Below are positions 10,001-23,600 of a stretch of 64,000 bases of DNA, piece after piece. This DNA comes from Eledone cirrhosa (lineage: Eukaryota): assembly GCA_964016885.1 (NCBI GenBank), contig CAXHJY010000096.1, positions 682,001-746,000 on the forward strand, given 5' to 3'. The position numbers were made by a program, and so were the translations under genes. The notes beneath the pieces are model-generated. The model ran no database searches. It saw only the letters and a list, made by a program, of their open reading frames with translations, and was not told where the DNA came from. Every line of letters begins with the position of its first letter. The stretch's first letter is position 1.

Positions 10001-13000
10001 CCGTCCAAGGCGAGGTAATTTCTAGCCGTCCAAGGGGAGATTAATTCCAGCCTCCAAGGGGAGATAATTTCCAGCCAGCCAAGGGGAGATAATTTGTAAA
10101 AAAATCAGGGGGAGATAATTTGTAAAAAATATCAGGGAGATAATTTGTAAAAAAAAATCAGGGGGAGATAATTTGTAAAAAAAATCAGGGGGAGATAATT
10201 TGTAAAAAAAAATCAGGGGGAGATAATTTGTAAAAAAAATCAAGGGGAGATAATTTCCAGCCGTCCAAGGGGAGATAATTTTCAGCCGTCCAAGGAGAGG
10301 TAATTTCTAACCGTCCGAGGAGAGATAATTTCCAGCCGTCCAAGGGGAGATAATTTCCAGCCGTCCAAGGAGACATATTTTCCAGCCGTCCAAGGAGAGG
10401 TAATTTCTAGCCGTCCAAGGGGAGATAAATTCCAGCCTCCAAGGGGAGATAATTTCCAGCCAGCCAAGGGGAGATAATTTGTAAAAAAATCAGGGGGAGA
10501 TAATTTGCAAAAAAAATCAGGGGGAGATAATTTGTAAAAAAAATCAGGGGGAGATAATTTGTAAAAAATAATCAGGGGGAGATAATTTCCAGCCGTCCAA
10601 GGGAAGATAATTTCCAGCCCTCCAAGGGGCTATAATTTCCAGTGTCCAAGGGGAGATAATTTCCAGCCAGAGAAGGGGAGATAATTTTTTTTAAAAAATC
10701 ATTGGGAGATTTGTAAAAAAAATCAGGGGGAGATAATTTGCAAAAAAAATCAGGGGGAGATAATTTGTAAAAAAAAATCAGGGGTAGATAATTTGTAAAA
10801 AAAAATCAGGGGGAGATAATTTGTAAAAAAAAATCAGGGGGAGATAATTTGTAAAAAAAATCAAGGGGAGATAATTTCCAGCCGTCCAAGGAGAGATAAT
10901 TTTAAAAAAAATCAGGCGGAGATAATTTGTAAAAAAAAATCAGGGGGAGATAATTTGTAAAAAAAATCAGGGGGAGATAATTTGTAAAAAAAAATCAGGG
11001 GTAGATAATTTGTAAAAAAAAATCAGGGGGAGATAATTTGTAAAAAAAAATCAGGGGGAGATAATTTGTAAAAAAAATCAAGGGGAGATAATTTCCAGCC
11101 GTCCAAGGAGAGATAATTTTAAAAAAAATCAGGCGGAGATAATTTGTAAAAAAAAATTAGGGGGAGATAATTTGTAAAAAAAAATCAGGGGGAGATAATT
11201 TGTAAAAAAAATCAAGGGGAGATAATTTCCAGCCGTCCAAGGGGAGATAATTTTCAGCCGTCCAAGGGGAGATAATTTCCCGCCAGCCAAGGGAAGATAA
11301 TATTCAAAAAAATCAGGCGGAGATAATTTGTAAAAAAAATCAGGGGGAGATAATTTGTAAAAAAATCAGGGGGAGATAATTTGTAAAAAAAAAAATCAGG
11401 GGGAGATAATTTGTAAAAAAAATCAGGGGGAGATAATTTGTAAAAAAAAATCAGGGGTAGATAATTTGTAAAAAAAAATCAGGGGGAGATAATTTGTAAA
11501 AAAAAATCAGGGGCAGATAATTTGTAAAAAAAATGAAAGGGGAGATAATATCCAGCCGTCCAAGGGGAGATAATTTCCAGCCGTCCAAGGGGAGATAATT
11601 TCCAGCCGTCCAAGGGGAGAAAATTTCCATCCTTCCAAGGGGATATAATTTCCAGCCGGCCAAGGGGAGATAATTTCCATCCTTCCAAGGGGATATAATT
11701 TCCAGCCGTCCAAGGGGAGATAATTTTCAGCCGTCCAAGGAGAGGTAATTTCTAGCCGTCCAAGGAGAGATAATTTCCAGCCGTCCAAGGGGAGATAATT
11801 TCCAGCCGTCCAAGGGGAGATAATTTCCAGCCGTCCAAGGAGACATATTTTCCAGCCGTCCAAGGAGAGGTAATTCCTAGCCGTCCAAGGGGAGATAAAT
11901 TCCAGCCTCCAAGGGGAGATAATTTCCAGCCAGCCAAGGGGAGATAATTTGTAAAAAAAATCAGGGGGAGATAATTTCTAAAAAAAATCAGGGGGAGATA
12001 ATTTGTAAAAAAAAATCAGGGGGAGATAATTTGTAAAAAATAATCAGGGGGAGATAATTTGTAAAAAAAATCAAGGGGAGATAATTTCCAGCCGTCCAAG
12101 GGGAGATAATTTTCAGCCGTCCAAGGGGAGATAATTTCCCACCAGCCAAGGGAAGATAATATTTAAAAAAATTATGCGGAGATAATTTGTAAAAAAAATC
12201 AGGGGGAGATAATTTGTAAAAAAATCAGGGGGAGATAATTTGTAAAAAAAATCAGGGGGAGATAATTTGTAAAAAAAATCAGGGGGAGATAATTTGTAAA
12301 AAAAAATCAGGGGTAGATAATTTGTAAAAAAAATCAGGGGGAGATAATTTGTAAAAAAAAATCAGGGGGAGATAATTTGTAAAAAAAATCAAGGGGAGAT
12401 AATTTCCAGCCGTCCAAGGAGAGATAATTTTAAAAAAAATCAGGCGGAGATAATTTGTAAAAAAAAATCAGGGGGAGATAATTTGTAAAAAAAAATCAGG
12501 GGGAGATAATTTGTAAAAAAAATCAAGGGGAGATAATTTCCAGCCGTCCAAGGGGAGATAATTTTCAGCCGTCCAAGGGGAGATAATTTCCCGCCAGCCA
12601 AGGGAAGATAATATTCAAAAAAATCAGGCGGAGATAATTTGTAAAAAAAATCAGGGGGAGATAATTTGTAAAAAAATCAGGGGGAGATAATTTGTAAAAA
12701 AAAAAATCAGGGGGAGATAATTTGTAAAAAAAATCAGGGGGAGATAATTTGTAAAAAAAAATTAGGGGTAGATAATTTGTAAAAAAAAATCAGGGGGAGA
12801 TAATTTGTAAAAAAAAATCAGGGGGAGATAATTTGTAAAAAAAATGAAAGGGGAGATAATATCCAGCCGTCCAAGGGGAGATAATTTCCAGCCGTCCAAG
12901 GAGAGATAATTTCCAGCCGTCCAAGGGGAGATAATTTCCATCCTTCCAAGGGGATATAATTTCCAGCCGTCCAAGGGGAGATAATTTCCATCCTTCCAAG

Positions 13001-16000
13001 GGGATATAATTTCCAGCCGTCCAAGGGGAGATAATTTTCAGCCGTCCAAGGAGAGGTAATTTCTAGCCGTCCAAGGAGAGATAATTTCCAGCCGTCCAAG
13101 GGGAGATAATTTCCAGCCGTCCAAGGGGAGATAATTTCCAGCCGTCCAAGGAGACATATTTTCCAGCCGTCCAAGGAGAGGTAATTCCTAGCCGTCCAAG
13201 GGGAGATAAATTCCAGCCTCCAAGGGGAGATAATTTCCAGCCAGCCAAGGGGAGATAATTTGTAAAAAAAATCAGGGGGAGATAATTTGTAAAAAAAATC
13301 AGGGGGAGATAATTTGTAAAAAAAAATCAGGGGGAGATAATTTGTAAAAAAAATCAAGGGGAGATAATTTCCAGCCGTCCAAGGGGAGATAATTTTCAGC
13401 CGTCCAAGGGGAGATAATTTCCCGCCAGCCAAGGGAAGATAATATTCAAAAAAATCAGGCGGAGATAATTTGTAAAAAAAATCAGGGGGAGATAATTTGT
13501 AAAAAAATCAGGGGGAGATAATTTGTAAAAAAAAAAATCAGGGGGAGATAATTTGTAAAAAAAATCAGGGGGAGATAATTTGTAAAAAAAAATCAGGGGT
13601 AGATAATTTGTAAAAAAAAATCAGGGGGAGATAATTTGTAAAAAAAAATCAGGGGGAGATAATTTGTAAAAAAAATGAAAGGGGAGATAATATCCAGCCG
13701 TCCAAGGGGAGATAATTTCCAGCCGTCCAAGGGGAGATAATTTCCAGCCGTCCAAGGGGAGATAATTTCCATCCTTCCAAGGGGATATAATTTCCAGCCG
13801 TCCAAGGGGAGATAATTTCCATCCTTCCAAGGGGATATAATTTCCAGCCGTCCAAGGGGAGATAATTTTCAGCCGTCCAAGGAGAGGTAATTTCTAGCCG
13901 TCCAAGGAGAGATAATTTCCAGCCGTCCAAGGGGAGATAATTTCCAGCCGTCCAAGGGGAGATAATTTCCAGCCGTCCAAGGAGACATATTTTCCAGCCG
14001 TCCAAGGAGAGGTAATTCCTAGCCGTCCAAGGGGAGATAAATTCCAGCCTCCAAGGGGAGATAATTTCCAGCCAGCCAAGGGGAGATAATTTGTAAAAAA
14101 AATCAGGGGGAGATAATTTGTAAAAAAATCAGGGGGAGATAATTTGTAAAAAAAATCAGGGGGAGATAATTTGTAAAAAAAATCAGGGGGAGATAATTTG
14201 TAAAAAAAAATCAGGGGTAGATAATTTGTAAAAAAAAATCAGGGGGAGATAATTTGTAAAAAAATCAAGGGGAGATAATTTCCAGCCGTCCAAGGGAAGA
14301 TAATTTCCAGCCCTCCAAGGGGCTATAATTTCCAGCGTCCAAGGGGAGATAATTTCCAGCCAGCGAAGGGGAGATAATTTTTTTAAAAAAATCATTGGGA
14401 GATTTGTAAAAAAAATCAGGGGGAGATAATTTGTAAAAAAAATCAAGGGGAGATAATTTCCAGCCGTCCAAGGGGAGGTAATATCTAGCCGTCCAAGGGT
14501 AGATAATTTCCAGCCGTCCAACGGGAGATAATTTCCAGCCGTCCAAGGGTAGATAATATCCAGCCGCCCAAGGACATATTTTCCAGCCGTCCAAGGAGAG
14601 GTAATTTCTAGCCGTCCAAGGGGAGATAATTTCCAGCCGTCCAAGGGTAGATAATATCCAGCCGTCCAAGGACATATTTTCCAGCCGTCCAAGGAGAGGT
14701 AATTTCTAGCCGTCCAAGGGGAGATAAATTCCAGCCTCCAAGGGGAGATAATTTCCAGCCAGCCAAGGGGAGATAATTTGTAAAAAAATCAGGGGGAGAT
14801 AATTTGTAAAAAAAATCAGGGGGAGATAATTTGTAAAAAAAAATCAGGGGGAGATAATTTGTAAAAAAAAATCAGGGGGAGATAATTTGCAAAAAAAATC
14901 AGGGGGAGATAATTTGTAAAAAAAAATCAGGGGTAGATAATTTGTAAAAAAAAATCAGGGGGAGATAATTTGTAAAAAAAATCAAGGGGAGATAATTTCC
15001 AGCCGTCCAAGGAGAGATAATTTTAAAAAAAATCAGGCGGAGATAATTTGTAAAAAAAAATCAGGGGGAGATAATTTGTAAAAAAAAATCAGGGGGAGAT
15101 AATTTGTAAAAAAAAATCAGGGGGAGATAATTTGTAAAAAAAATCAGGAGGAGATAATTTGTAAAAAAAATCAAGGGGAGATAATTTCCAGCCGTCCAAG
15201 GAGAGATAATTTAAAAAAAAATCAGGCGGAGATAATTTGTAAAAAAAAATCAGGGGGAGATAATTTGTAAAAAAAAATCAGGGGGAGATAATTTGTAAAA
15301 AAAATCAAGGGGAGATAATTTCCAGCCGTCCAAGGGGAGATAATTTTCAGCCGTCCAAGGAGAGGTAATTTCTAACCGTCCGAGGAGAGATAATTTCCAG
15401 CCGTCCAAGGGGAGATAATTTCCAGCCGTCCAAGGGGAGATAATTTCCAGCCGTCCAAGGAGACATATTTTCCAGCCGTCCAAGGAGAGGTAATTTCTAG
15501 CCGTCCAAGGGGAGATAAATTCCAGCCTCCAAGGGGAGATAATTTCCAGCCAGCCAAGGGGAGATAATTTGTAAAAAAATCAGGGGGAGATAATTTGCAA
15601 AAAAAATCAGGGGGAGATAATTTGTAAAAAAAATCAGGGGGAGATAATTTGTAAAAAATAATCAGGGGGAGATAATTTCCAGCCGTCCAAGGGAAGATAA
15701 TTTCCAGCCCTCCAAGGGGCTATAATTTCCAGTGTCCAAGGGGAGATAATTTCCAGCCAGCGAAGGGGAGATAATTTTTTTAAAAAAATCATTGGGAGAT
15801 TTGTAAAAAAAATCAGGGGGAGATAATTTGTAAAAAAAATCAAGGGGAGATAATTTCCAGCCGTCCAAGGGGAGGTAATATCTAGCCGTCCAAGGGGAGA
15901 TAATTTCCAGCCGTCCAAGGGGAGATAATTTCCAGCCGTCCAAGGGTAGATAATATCCAGCCGCCCAAGGACATATTTTCCAGCCGTCCAAGGAGAGGTA

Positions 16001-17641
16001 ATTTCTAGCCGTCCAAGGGGAGATAAATTCCAGCCTCCAAGGGGAGATAATTTCCAGCCAGCCAAGGGGAGATAATTTGTAAAAAAATCAGGGGGAGATA
16101 ATTTGTAAAAAAAATCAGGGGGAGATAATTTGTAAAAAAAAATCAGGGGGAGATAATTTGTAAAAAAAAATCAGGGGGAGATAATTTGCAAAAAAAATCA
16201 GGGGGAGATAATTTGTAAAAAAAAATCAGGGGTAGATAATTTGTAAAAAAAAATCAGGGGGAGATAATTTGTAAAAAAAAATCAGGGGGAGATAATTTGT
16301 AAAAAAAATCAAGGGGAGATAATTTGTAAAAAAAATCAAGGGGAGATAATTTCCAGCCGTCCAAGGGGAGGTAATATCTAGCCGTCCAAGGGGAGATAAT
16401 TTCCAGCCGTCCAAGGGGAGATAATTTCCAGCCGTCCAAGGGTAGATAATATCCAGCCGCCCAAGGACATATTTTCCAGCCGTCCAAGGAGAGGTAATTT
16501 CTAGCCGTCCAAGGGGAGATAAATTCCAGCCTCCAAGGGGAGATAATTTCCAGCCAGCCAAGGGGAGATAATTTGTAAAAAAATCAGGGGGAGATAATTT
16601 GTAAAAAAAATCAGGGGGAGATAATTTGTAAAAAAAAATCAGGGGGAGATAATTTGTAAAAAAAAATCAGGGGGAGATAATTTGCAAAAAAAATCAGGGG
16701 GAGATAATTTGTAAAAAAAAATCAGGGGTAGATAATTTGTAAAAAAAAATCAGGGGGAGATAATTTGTAAAAAAAAATCAGGGGGAGATAATTTGTAAAA
16801 AAAATCAAGGGGAGATAATTTGTAAAAAAAATCAAGGGGAGATAATTTCCAGCCGTCCAAGGGGAGGTAATATCTAGCCGTCCAAGGGGAGATAATTTCC
16901 AGCCGTCCAACGGGAGATAATTTCCAGCCGTCCAAGGGTAGATAATATCCAGCCGCCCCAGGACATATTTTCCAGCCGTCCAAGGAGAGGTAATTTCTAG
17001 CCGTCCAAGGGGAGATAATTTCCAGCCGTCCAAGGGTAGATAATATCCAGCCGTCCAAGGACATATTTTCCAGCCGTCCAAGGAGAGGTAATTTCTAGCC
17101 GTCCAAGGGGAGATAAATTCCAGCCTCCAAGGGGAGATAATTTCCAGCCAGCCAAGGGGAGATAATTTGTAAAAAAATCAGGGGGAGATAATTTGTAAAA
17201 AAAATCAGGGGGAGATAATTTGTAAAAAAAAATCAGGGGGAGATAATTTGTAAAAAAAAATCAGGGGGAGATAATTTGCAAAAAAAATCAGGGGGAGATA
17301 ATTTGTAAAAAAAAATCAGGGGTAGATAATTTGTAAAAAAAAATCAGGGGGAGATAATTTGTAAAAAAAAATCAGGGGGAGATAATTTGTAAAAAAAATC
17401 AAGGGGAGATAATTTCCAGCCGTCCAAGGAGATTATAATTTTAAAAAAAATCAGGCGGAGATAATTTGTAAAAAAAAATCAGGGGGAGATAATTTGTAAA
17501 AAAAAATCAGGGGGAGATAATTTGTAAAAAAAAATCAGGGGGAGATAATTTGTAAAAAAAATCAGGAGGAGATAATTTGTAAAAAAAATCAAGGGGAGAT
17601 AATTTCCAGCCGTCCAAGGAGAGATAATTTAAAAAAAAATC
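7065..17641. repeat. Copy 1 of a 10,578-bp tandem higher-order duplication
   Basis: ORF pairs 7226/17804, 8271/18849, 9772/20350, 11451/22029, 12818/23396, 15634/26212 and 16722/27300 all have offset 10,578. Markers TTCATGGGG (7171/17749) and CAGCCGGCC (11659/22237). Confidence 0.96.
15840..17400. repeat. Local tandem array of 496/594-bp units
   Basis: ORF ends at 15991, 16487 (+496) and 17081 (+594). Junctions are marked by an out-of-context TCAAGGGGAGATAATTTGT monomer at ~16310 and ~16805. Confidence 0.88.
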
Positions 17642-20600
17642 AGGCGGAGATAATTTGTAAAAAAAAATCAGGGGGAGATAATTTGTAAAAAAATCAGGGG
17701 GAGATAATTTGTAAAAAAAATCAGGGGGAGATAATTTGTAAAAAAATTCATGGGGAGATAATTTGTAAAAAAAAATCAGGGGTAGATAATTTGTAAAAAA
17801 AAATCAGGGGGAGATAATTTGTAAAAAAAAATCAGGGGGAGATAATTTGTAAAAAAAATCAAGGGGAGATAATTTCCAGCCGTCCAAGGGGAGATAATTT
17901 TCAGCCGTCCAAGGAGAGGTAATTTCTAGCCGTCCAAGGGGAGATAATTTCCAGCCGTCCAAGGGGAGGTAATTTCCAGCCGTCCAAGGGGAGATAATTT
18001 TAAAAAAAAAATCAGGCGGAGATAATTTGTAAAAAAAATCAAGGGGAGATAATTTGCAGCCGTCCAAGGGGAGATAATTTTCAGTCGTCCAAGGAGAGGT
18101 AATTTCTAGCCGTCCAAGGGGAGATAATTGCCAGCCGTCCAAGGGGAGATAATTTCCAGCCGTCCAAGGGGAGATAATTTTTTTTAAAAAATCAGGCGGA
18201 GATAATTTGTAAAAAAAATCAGGGGGAGATAATTTGTAAACAAAATCAGGGGGAGATAATTTGTAAAAAAAAATCAGGGGGAGATAATTTGTAAAAAAAA
18301 TCATGGAGAGATAATTTCCAGCCGTCCAAGGTGAGATAATTTCCAGCCGTCCAAGGAGACATATTTTCCAGCCGTCCAAGGCGAGGTAATTTCTAGCCGT
18401 CCAAGGGGAGATAAATTCCAGCCTCCAAGGGGAGATAATTTCCAGCCAGCCAAGTGGAGATAATTTGTAAAAAAATCAGGGGGAGATAATTTGTAAAAAA
18501 TATCAGGGAGATAATTTGTAAAAAAAAATCAGGGGGAGATAATTTGTAAAAAAAATCAGGGGGAGATAATTTGTAAAAAAAAATCAGGGGGAGATAATTT
18601 GTAAAAAAAATCAAGGGGAGATAATTTCCAGCCGTCCAAGGGGAGATAATTTTCAGCCGTCCAAGGGGAGATAATTTCCCGCCAGCCAAGGGAAGATAAT
18701 ATTTAAAAAAATCAGGCGGAGATAATTTGTAAAAAAAATCAGGGGGAGATAATTTGTAAAAAAATCAGGGGGAGATAATTTGTAAAAAAAAAATCAGGGG
18801 GAGATAATTTGTAAAAAAAATCAGGGGGAGATAATTTGTAAAAAAAAATCAGGGGTAGATAATTTGTAAACAAAAATCAGGGGGAGATAATTTGTAAAAA
18901 AAAATCAGGGGGAGATAATTTGTAAAAAAAATGAAAGGGGAGATAATATCCAGCCGTCCAAGGGGAGATAATTTCCAGCCGTCCAAGGGGATATAATTTC
19001 CAGCCGTCCAAGGGGAGATAATTTCCATCCTTCCAAGGGGATATAATTTCCAGCCGTCCAAGGGGAGATAATTTCCCGCCAGCCAAGGGAAGATAATTTT
19101 TAAAAAAATCAGGCGGAGATTGTAAAAAAAATCAGGGGGGAGATAATTTGTAAAAAAATCAGGGGGAGATAATTTGTAAAAAATAATCAGGGGGAGATAA
19201 TTTGTAAAAAAATTCAAGGGGAGATAATTTCCAGCCGTCCAAGGGGAGATAATTTCCCGCCAGCCAAGGGAAGATAATATTTAAAAAAATTAGGCGGAGA
19301 TAATTTGTAAAAAAAATCAGGGGGAGATAATTTGTAAAAAAATCAGGGGGAGATAATTTGTAAAAAAAATCAGGGGGAGATAATTTGTAAAAAAAATCAT
19401 GGGGAGATAATTTGTAAAAAAAAATCAGGGGTAGATAATTTGTAAAAAAAAATCAGGGGGAGATAATTTGTAAAAAAAAATCAGGGGGAGATAATTTGTA
19501 AAAAAAATCAAGGGGAGATAATATCCAGCCGTCCAAGGAGAGATAATTTAAAAAAAAAATGAGGCGGAGATAATTTGTAAAAAAAAAATCAGGGGGAGTT
19601 AATTTGTAAAAAAAAATGAGGGGGAGATAATTTGTAAAAAAAATCAAGGGGAGATAATTTCCAGCCGTCCAAGGGGAGATAATTTTCAGCCGTCCAAGGA
19701 GAGGTAATTTCTAGCCGTCCAAGGGGAGATAATTTCCAGCCGTCCAAGGGGAGGTAATTTCCAGCCGTCCAAGGGGAGATAATTTTTAAAAAAAAATCAG
19801 GCGGAGATAATTTGTAAAAAAAATCAAGGGGAGATAATTTGCAGCCGTCCAAGGGGAGATAATTTTCAGTCGTCCAAGGAGAGGTAATTTCTAGCCGTCC
19901 AAGGGGAGATAATTTCCAGCCGTCCAAGGGGAGATAATTTCCAGCCGTCCAAGGGGAGATAATTTTTTTTTAAAAATCAGGCGGAGATAATTTGTAAAAA
20001 AAATCAGGGGGAGATAATTTGTAAACAAAATCAGGGGGAGATAATTTGTAAAAAAAAATCAGGGGGAGATAATTTGTAAAAAAAATTAGGCGTAGATAAT
20101 TTGTAAAAAAAAATCAGGGGGAGATAATTTGTAAAAAAAAATCAGGGGGAGATAATTTGTTTAAAAAATCAAGGGGAGATAATTTGCAGCCGTCCAAGGG
20201 GAGATAATTTTCAGCCGTCCAAGGAGAGGTAATTTCTAGCCGTTCAAGGGGAGATAATTTCCAGCCGTCCAAGGGGAGATAATTTCCAGCCGTCCAAGGG
20301 GAGATAATTTTTTTTAAAAAATCAGGCGGAGATAATTTGTAAAAAAAAATCAGGGGGAGATAATTCGTAAAAAAAAATCAGGGGGAGTTAATTTGTAAAA
20401 AAAAATCAGGGGGAGATAATTTGTAAAAAAAATCAAGGGGAGATAATTTCCAGCCGTCCAAGGGGAGGTAATATCTAGCCGTCCAAGGGGAGATAATTTC
20501 CAGCCGTCCAAGGGGAGATAATTTCCAGCCGTCCAAGGGGAGATAATTTCCAGCCGTCCAAGGAGACATATTTTCCAGCCGTCCAAGGCGAGGTAATTTC

Positions 20601-23600
20601 TAGCCGTCCAAGGGGAGATTAATTCCAGCCTCCAAGGGGAGATAATTTCCAGCCAGCCAAGGGGAGATAATTTGTAAAAAAATCAGGGGGAGATAATTTG
20701 TAAAAAATATCAGGGAGATAATTTGTAAAAAAAAATCAGGGGGAGATAATTTGTAAAAAAAATCAGGGGGAGATAATTTGTAAAAAAAAATCAGGGGGAG
20801 ATAATTTGTAAAAAAAATCAAGGGGAGATAATTTCCAGCCGTCCAAGGGGAGATAATTTTCAGCCGTCCAAGGAGAGGTAATTTCTAACCGTCCGAGGAG
20901 AGATAATTTCCAGCCGTCCAAGGGGAGATAATTTCCAGCCGTCCAAGGAGACATATTTTCCAGCCGTCCAAGGAGAGGTAATTTCTAGCCGTCCAAGGGG
21001 AGATAAATTCCAGCCTCCAAGGGGAGATAATTTCCAGCCAGCCAAGGGGAGATAATTTGTAAAAAAATCAGGGGGAGATAATTTGCAAAAAAAATCAGGG
21101 GGAGATAATTTGTAAAAAAAATCAGGGGGAGATAATTTGTAAAAAATAATCAGGGGGAGATAATTTCCAGCCGTCCAAGGGAAGATAATTTCCAGCCCTC
21201 CAAGGGGCTATAATTTCCAGTGTCCAAGGGGAGATAATTTCCAGCCAGAGAAGGGGAGATAATTTTTTTTAAAAAATCATTGGGAGATTTGTAAAAAAAA
21301 TCAGGGGGAGATAATTTGCAAAAAAAATCAGGGGGAGATAATTTGTAAAAAAAAATCAGGGGTAGATAATTTGTAAAAAAAAATCAGGGGGAGATAATTT
21401 GTAAAAAAAAATCAGGGGGAGATAATTTGTAAAAAAAATCAAGGGGAGATAATTTCCAGCCGTCCAAGGAGAGATAATTTTAAAAAAAATCAGGCGGAGA
21501 TAATTTGTAAAAAAAAATCAGGGGGAGATAATTTGTAAAAAAAATCAGGGGGAGATAATTTGTAAAAAAAAATCAGGGGTAGATAATTTGTAAAAAAAAA
21601 TCAGGGGGAGATAATTTGTAAAAAAAAATCAGGGGGAGATAATTTGTAAAAAAAATCAAGGGGAGATAATTTCCAGCCGTCCAAGGAGAGATAATTTTAA
21701 AAAAAATCAGGCGGAGATAATTTGTAAAAAAAAATTAGGGGGAGATAATTTGTAAAAAAAAATCAGGGGGAGATAATTTGTAAAAAAAATCAAGGGGAGA
21801 TAATTTCCAGCCGTCCAAGGGGAGATAATTTTCAGCCGTCCAAGGGGAGATAATTTCCCGCCAGCCAAGGGAAGATAATATTCAAAAAAATCAGGCGGAG
21901 ATAATTTGTAAAAAAAATCAGGGGGAGATAATTTGTAAAAAAATCAGGGGGAGATAATTTGTAAAAAAAAAAATCAGGGGGAGATAATTTGTAAAAAAAA
22001 TCAGGGGGAGATAATTTGTAAAAAAAAATCAGGGGTAGATAATTTGTAAAAAAAAATCAGGGGGAGATAATTTGTAAAAAAAAATCAGGGGCAGATAATT
22101 TGTAAAAAAAATGAAAGGGGAGATAATATCCAGCCGTCCAAGGGGAGATAATTTCCAGCCGTCCAAGGGGAGATAATTTCCAGCCGTCCAAGGGGAGAAA
22201 ATTTCCATCCTTCCAAGGGGATATAATTTCCAGCCGGCCAAGGGGAGATAATTTCCATCCTTCCAAGGGGATATAATTTCCAGCCGTCCAAGGGGAGATA
22301 ATTTTCAGCCGTCCAAGGAGAGGTAATTTCTAGCCGTCCAAGGAGAGATAATTTCCAGCCGTCCAAGGGGAGATAATTTCCAGCCGTCCAAGGGGAGATA
22401 ATTTCCAGCCGTCCAAGGAGACATATTTTCCAGCCGTCCAAGGAGAGGTAATTCCTAGCCGTCCAAGGGGAGATAAATTCCAGCCTCCAAGGGGAGATAA
22501 TTTCCAGCCAGCCAAGGGGAGATAATTTGTAAAAAAAATCAGGGGGAGATAATTTCTAAAAAAAATCAGGGGGAGATAATTTGTAAAAAAAAATCAGGGG
22601 GAGATAATTTGTAAAAAATAATCAGGGGGAGATAATTTGTAAAAAAAATCAAGGGGAGATAATTTCCAGCCGTCCAAGGGGAGATAATTTTCAGCCGTCC
22701 AAGGGGAGATAATTTCCCACCAGCCAAGGGAAGATAATATTTAAAAAAATTATGCGGAGATAATTTGTAAAAAAAATCAGGGGGAGATAATTTGTAAAAA
22801 AATCAGGGGGAGATAATTTGTAAAAAAAATCAGGGGGAGATAATTTGTAAAAAAAATCAGGGGGAGATAATTTGTAAAAAAAAATCAGGGGTAGATAATT
22901 TGTAAAAAAAATCAGGGGGAGATAATTTGTAAAAAAAAATCAGGGGGAGATAATTTGTAAAAAAAATCAAGGGGAGATAATTTCCAGCCGTCCAAGGAGA
23001 GATAATTTTAAAAAAAATCAGGCGGAGATAATTTGTAAAAAAAAATCAGGGGGAGATAATTTGTAAAAAAAAATCAGGGGGAGATAATTTGTAAAAAAAA
23101 TCAAGGGGAGATAATTTCCAGCCGTCCAAGGGGAGATAATTTTCAGCCGTCCAAGGGGAGATAATTTCCCGCCAGCCAAGGGAAGATAATATTCAAAAAA
23201 ATCAGGCGGAGATAATTTGTAAAAAAAATCAGGGGGAGATAATTTGTAAAAAAATCAGGGGGAGATAATTTGTAAAAAAAAAAATCAGGGGGAGATAATT
23301 TGTAAAAAAAATCAGGGGGAGATAATTTGTAAAAAAAAATCAGGGGTAGATAATTTGTAAAAAAAAATCAGGGGGAGATAATTTGTAAAAAAAAATCAGG
23401 GGGAGATAATTTGTAAAAAAAATGAAAGGGGAGATAATATCCAGCCGTCCAAGGGGAGATAATTTCCAGCCGTCCAAGGAGAGATAATTTCCAGCCGTCC
23501 AAGGGGAGATAATTTCCATCCTTCCAAGGGGATATAATTTCCAGCCGTCCAAGGGGAGATAATTTCCATCCTTCCAAGGGGATATAATTTCCAGCCGTCC

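Larger units (their letters stand above)
786..13377. repeat. Copy 1 of a >=12.6-kb block repeated ~50,623 bp downstream
   Basis: ORF pairs 817/51440, 2193/52817, 3366/53990, 4909/55534, 8271/58894, 11451/62074 and 12762/63385 have offsets of 50,623-50,625. Shared rare variants include CAGCCGGCC (11659/62282) and CCATCCGTCC (~4024/~54649). Confidence 0.95.
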
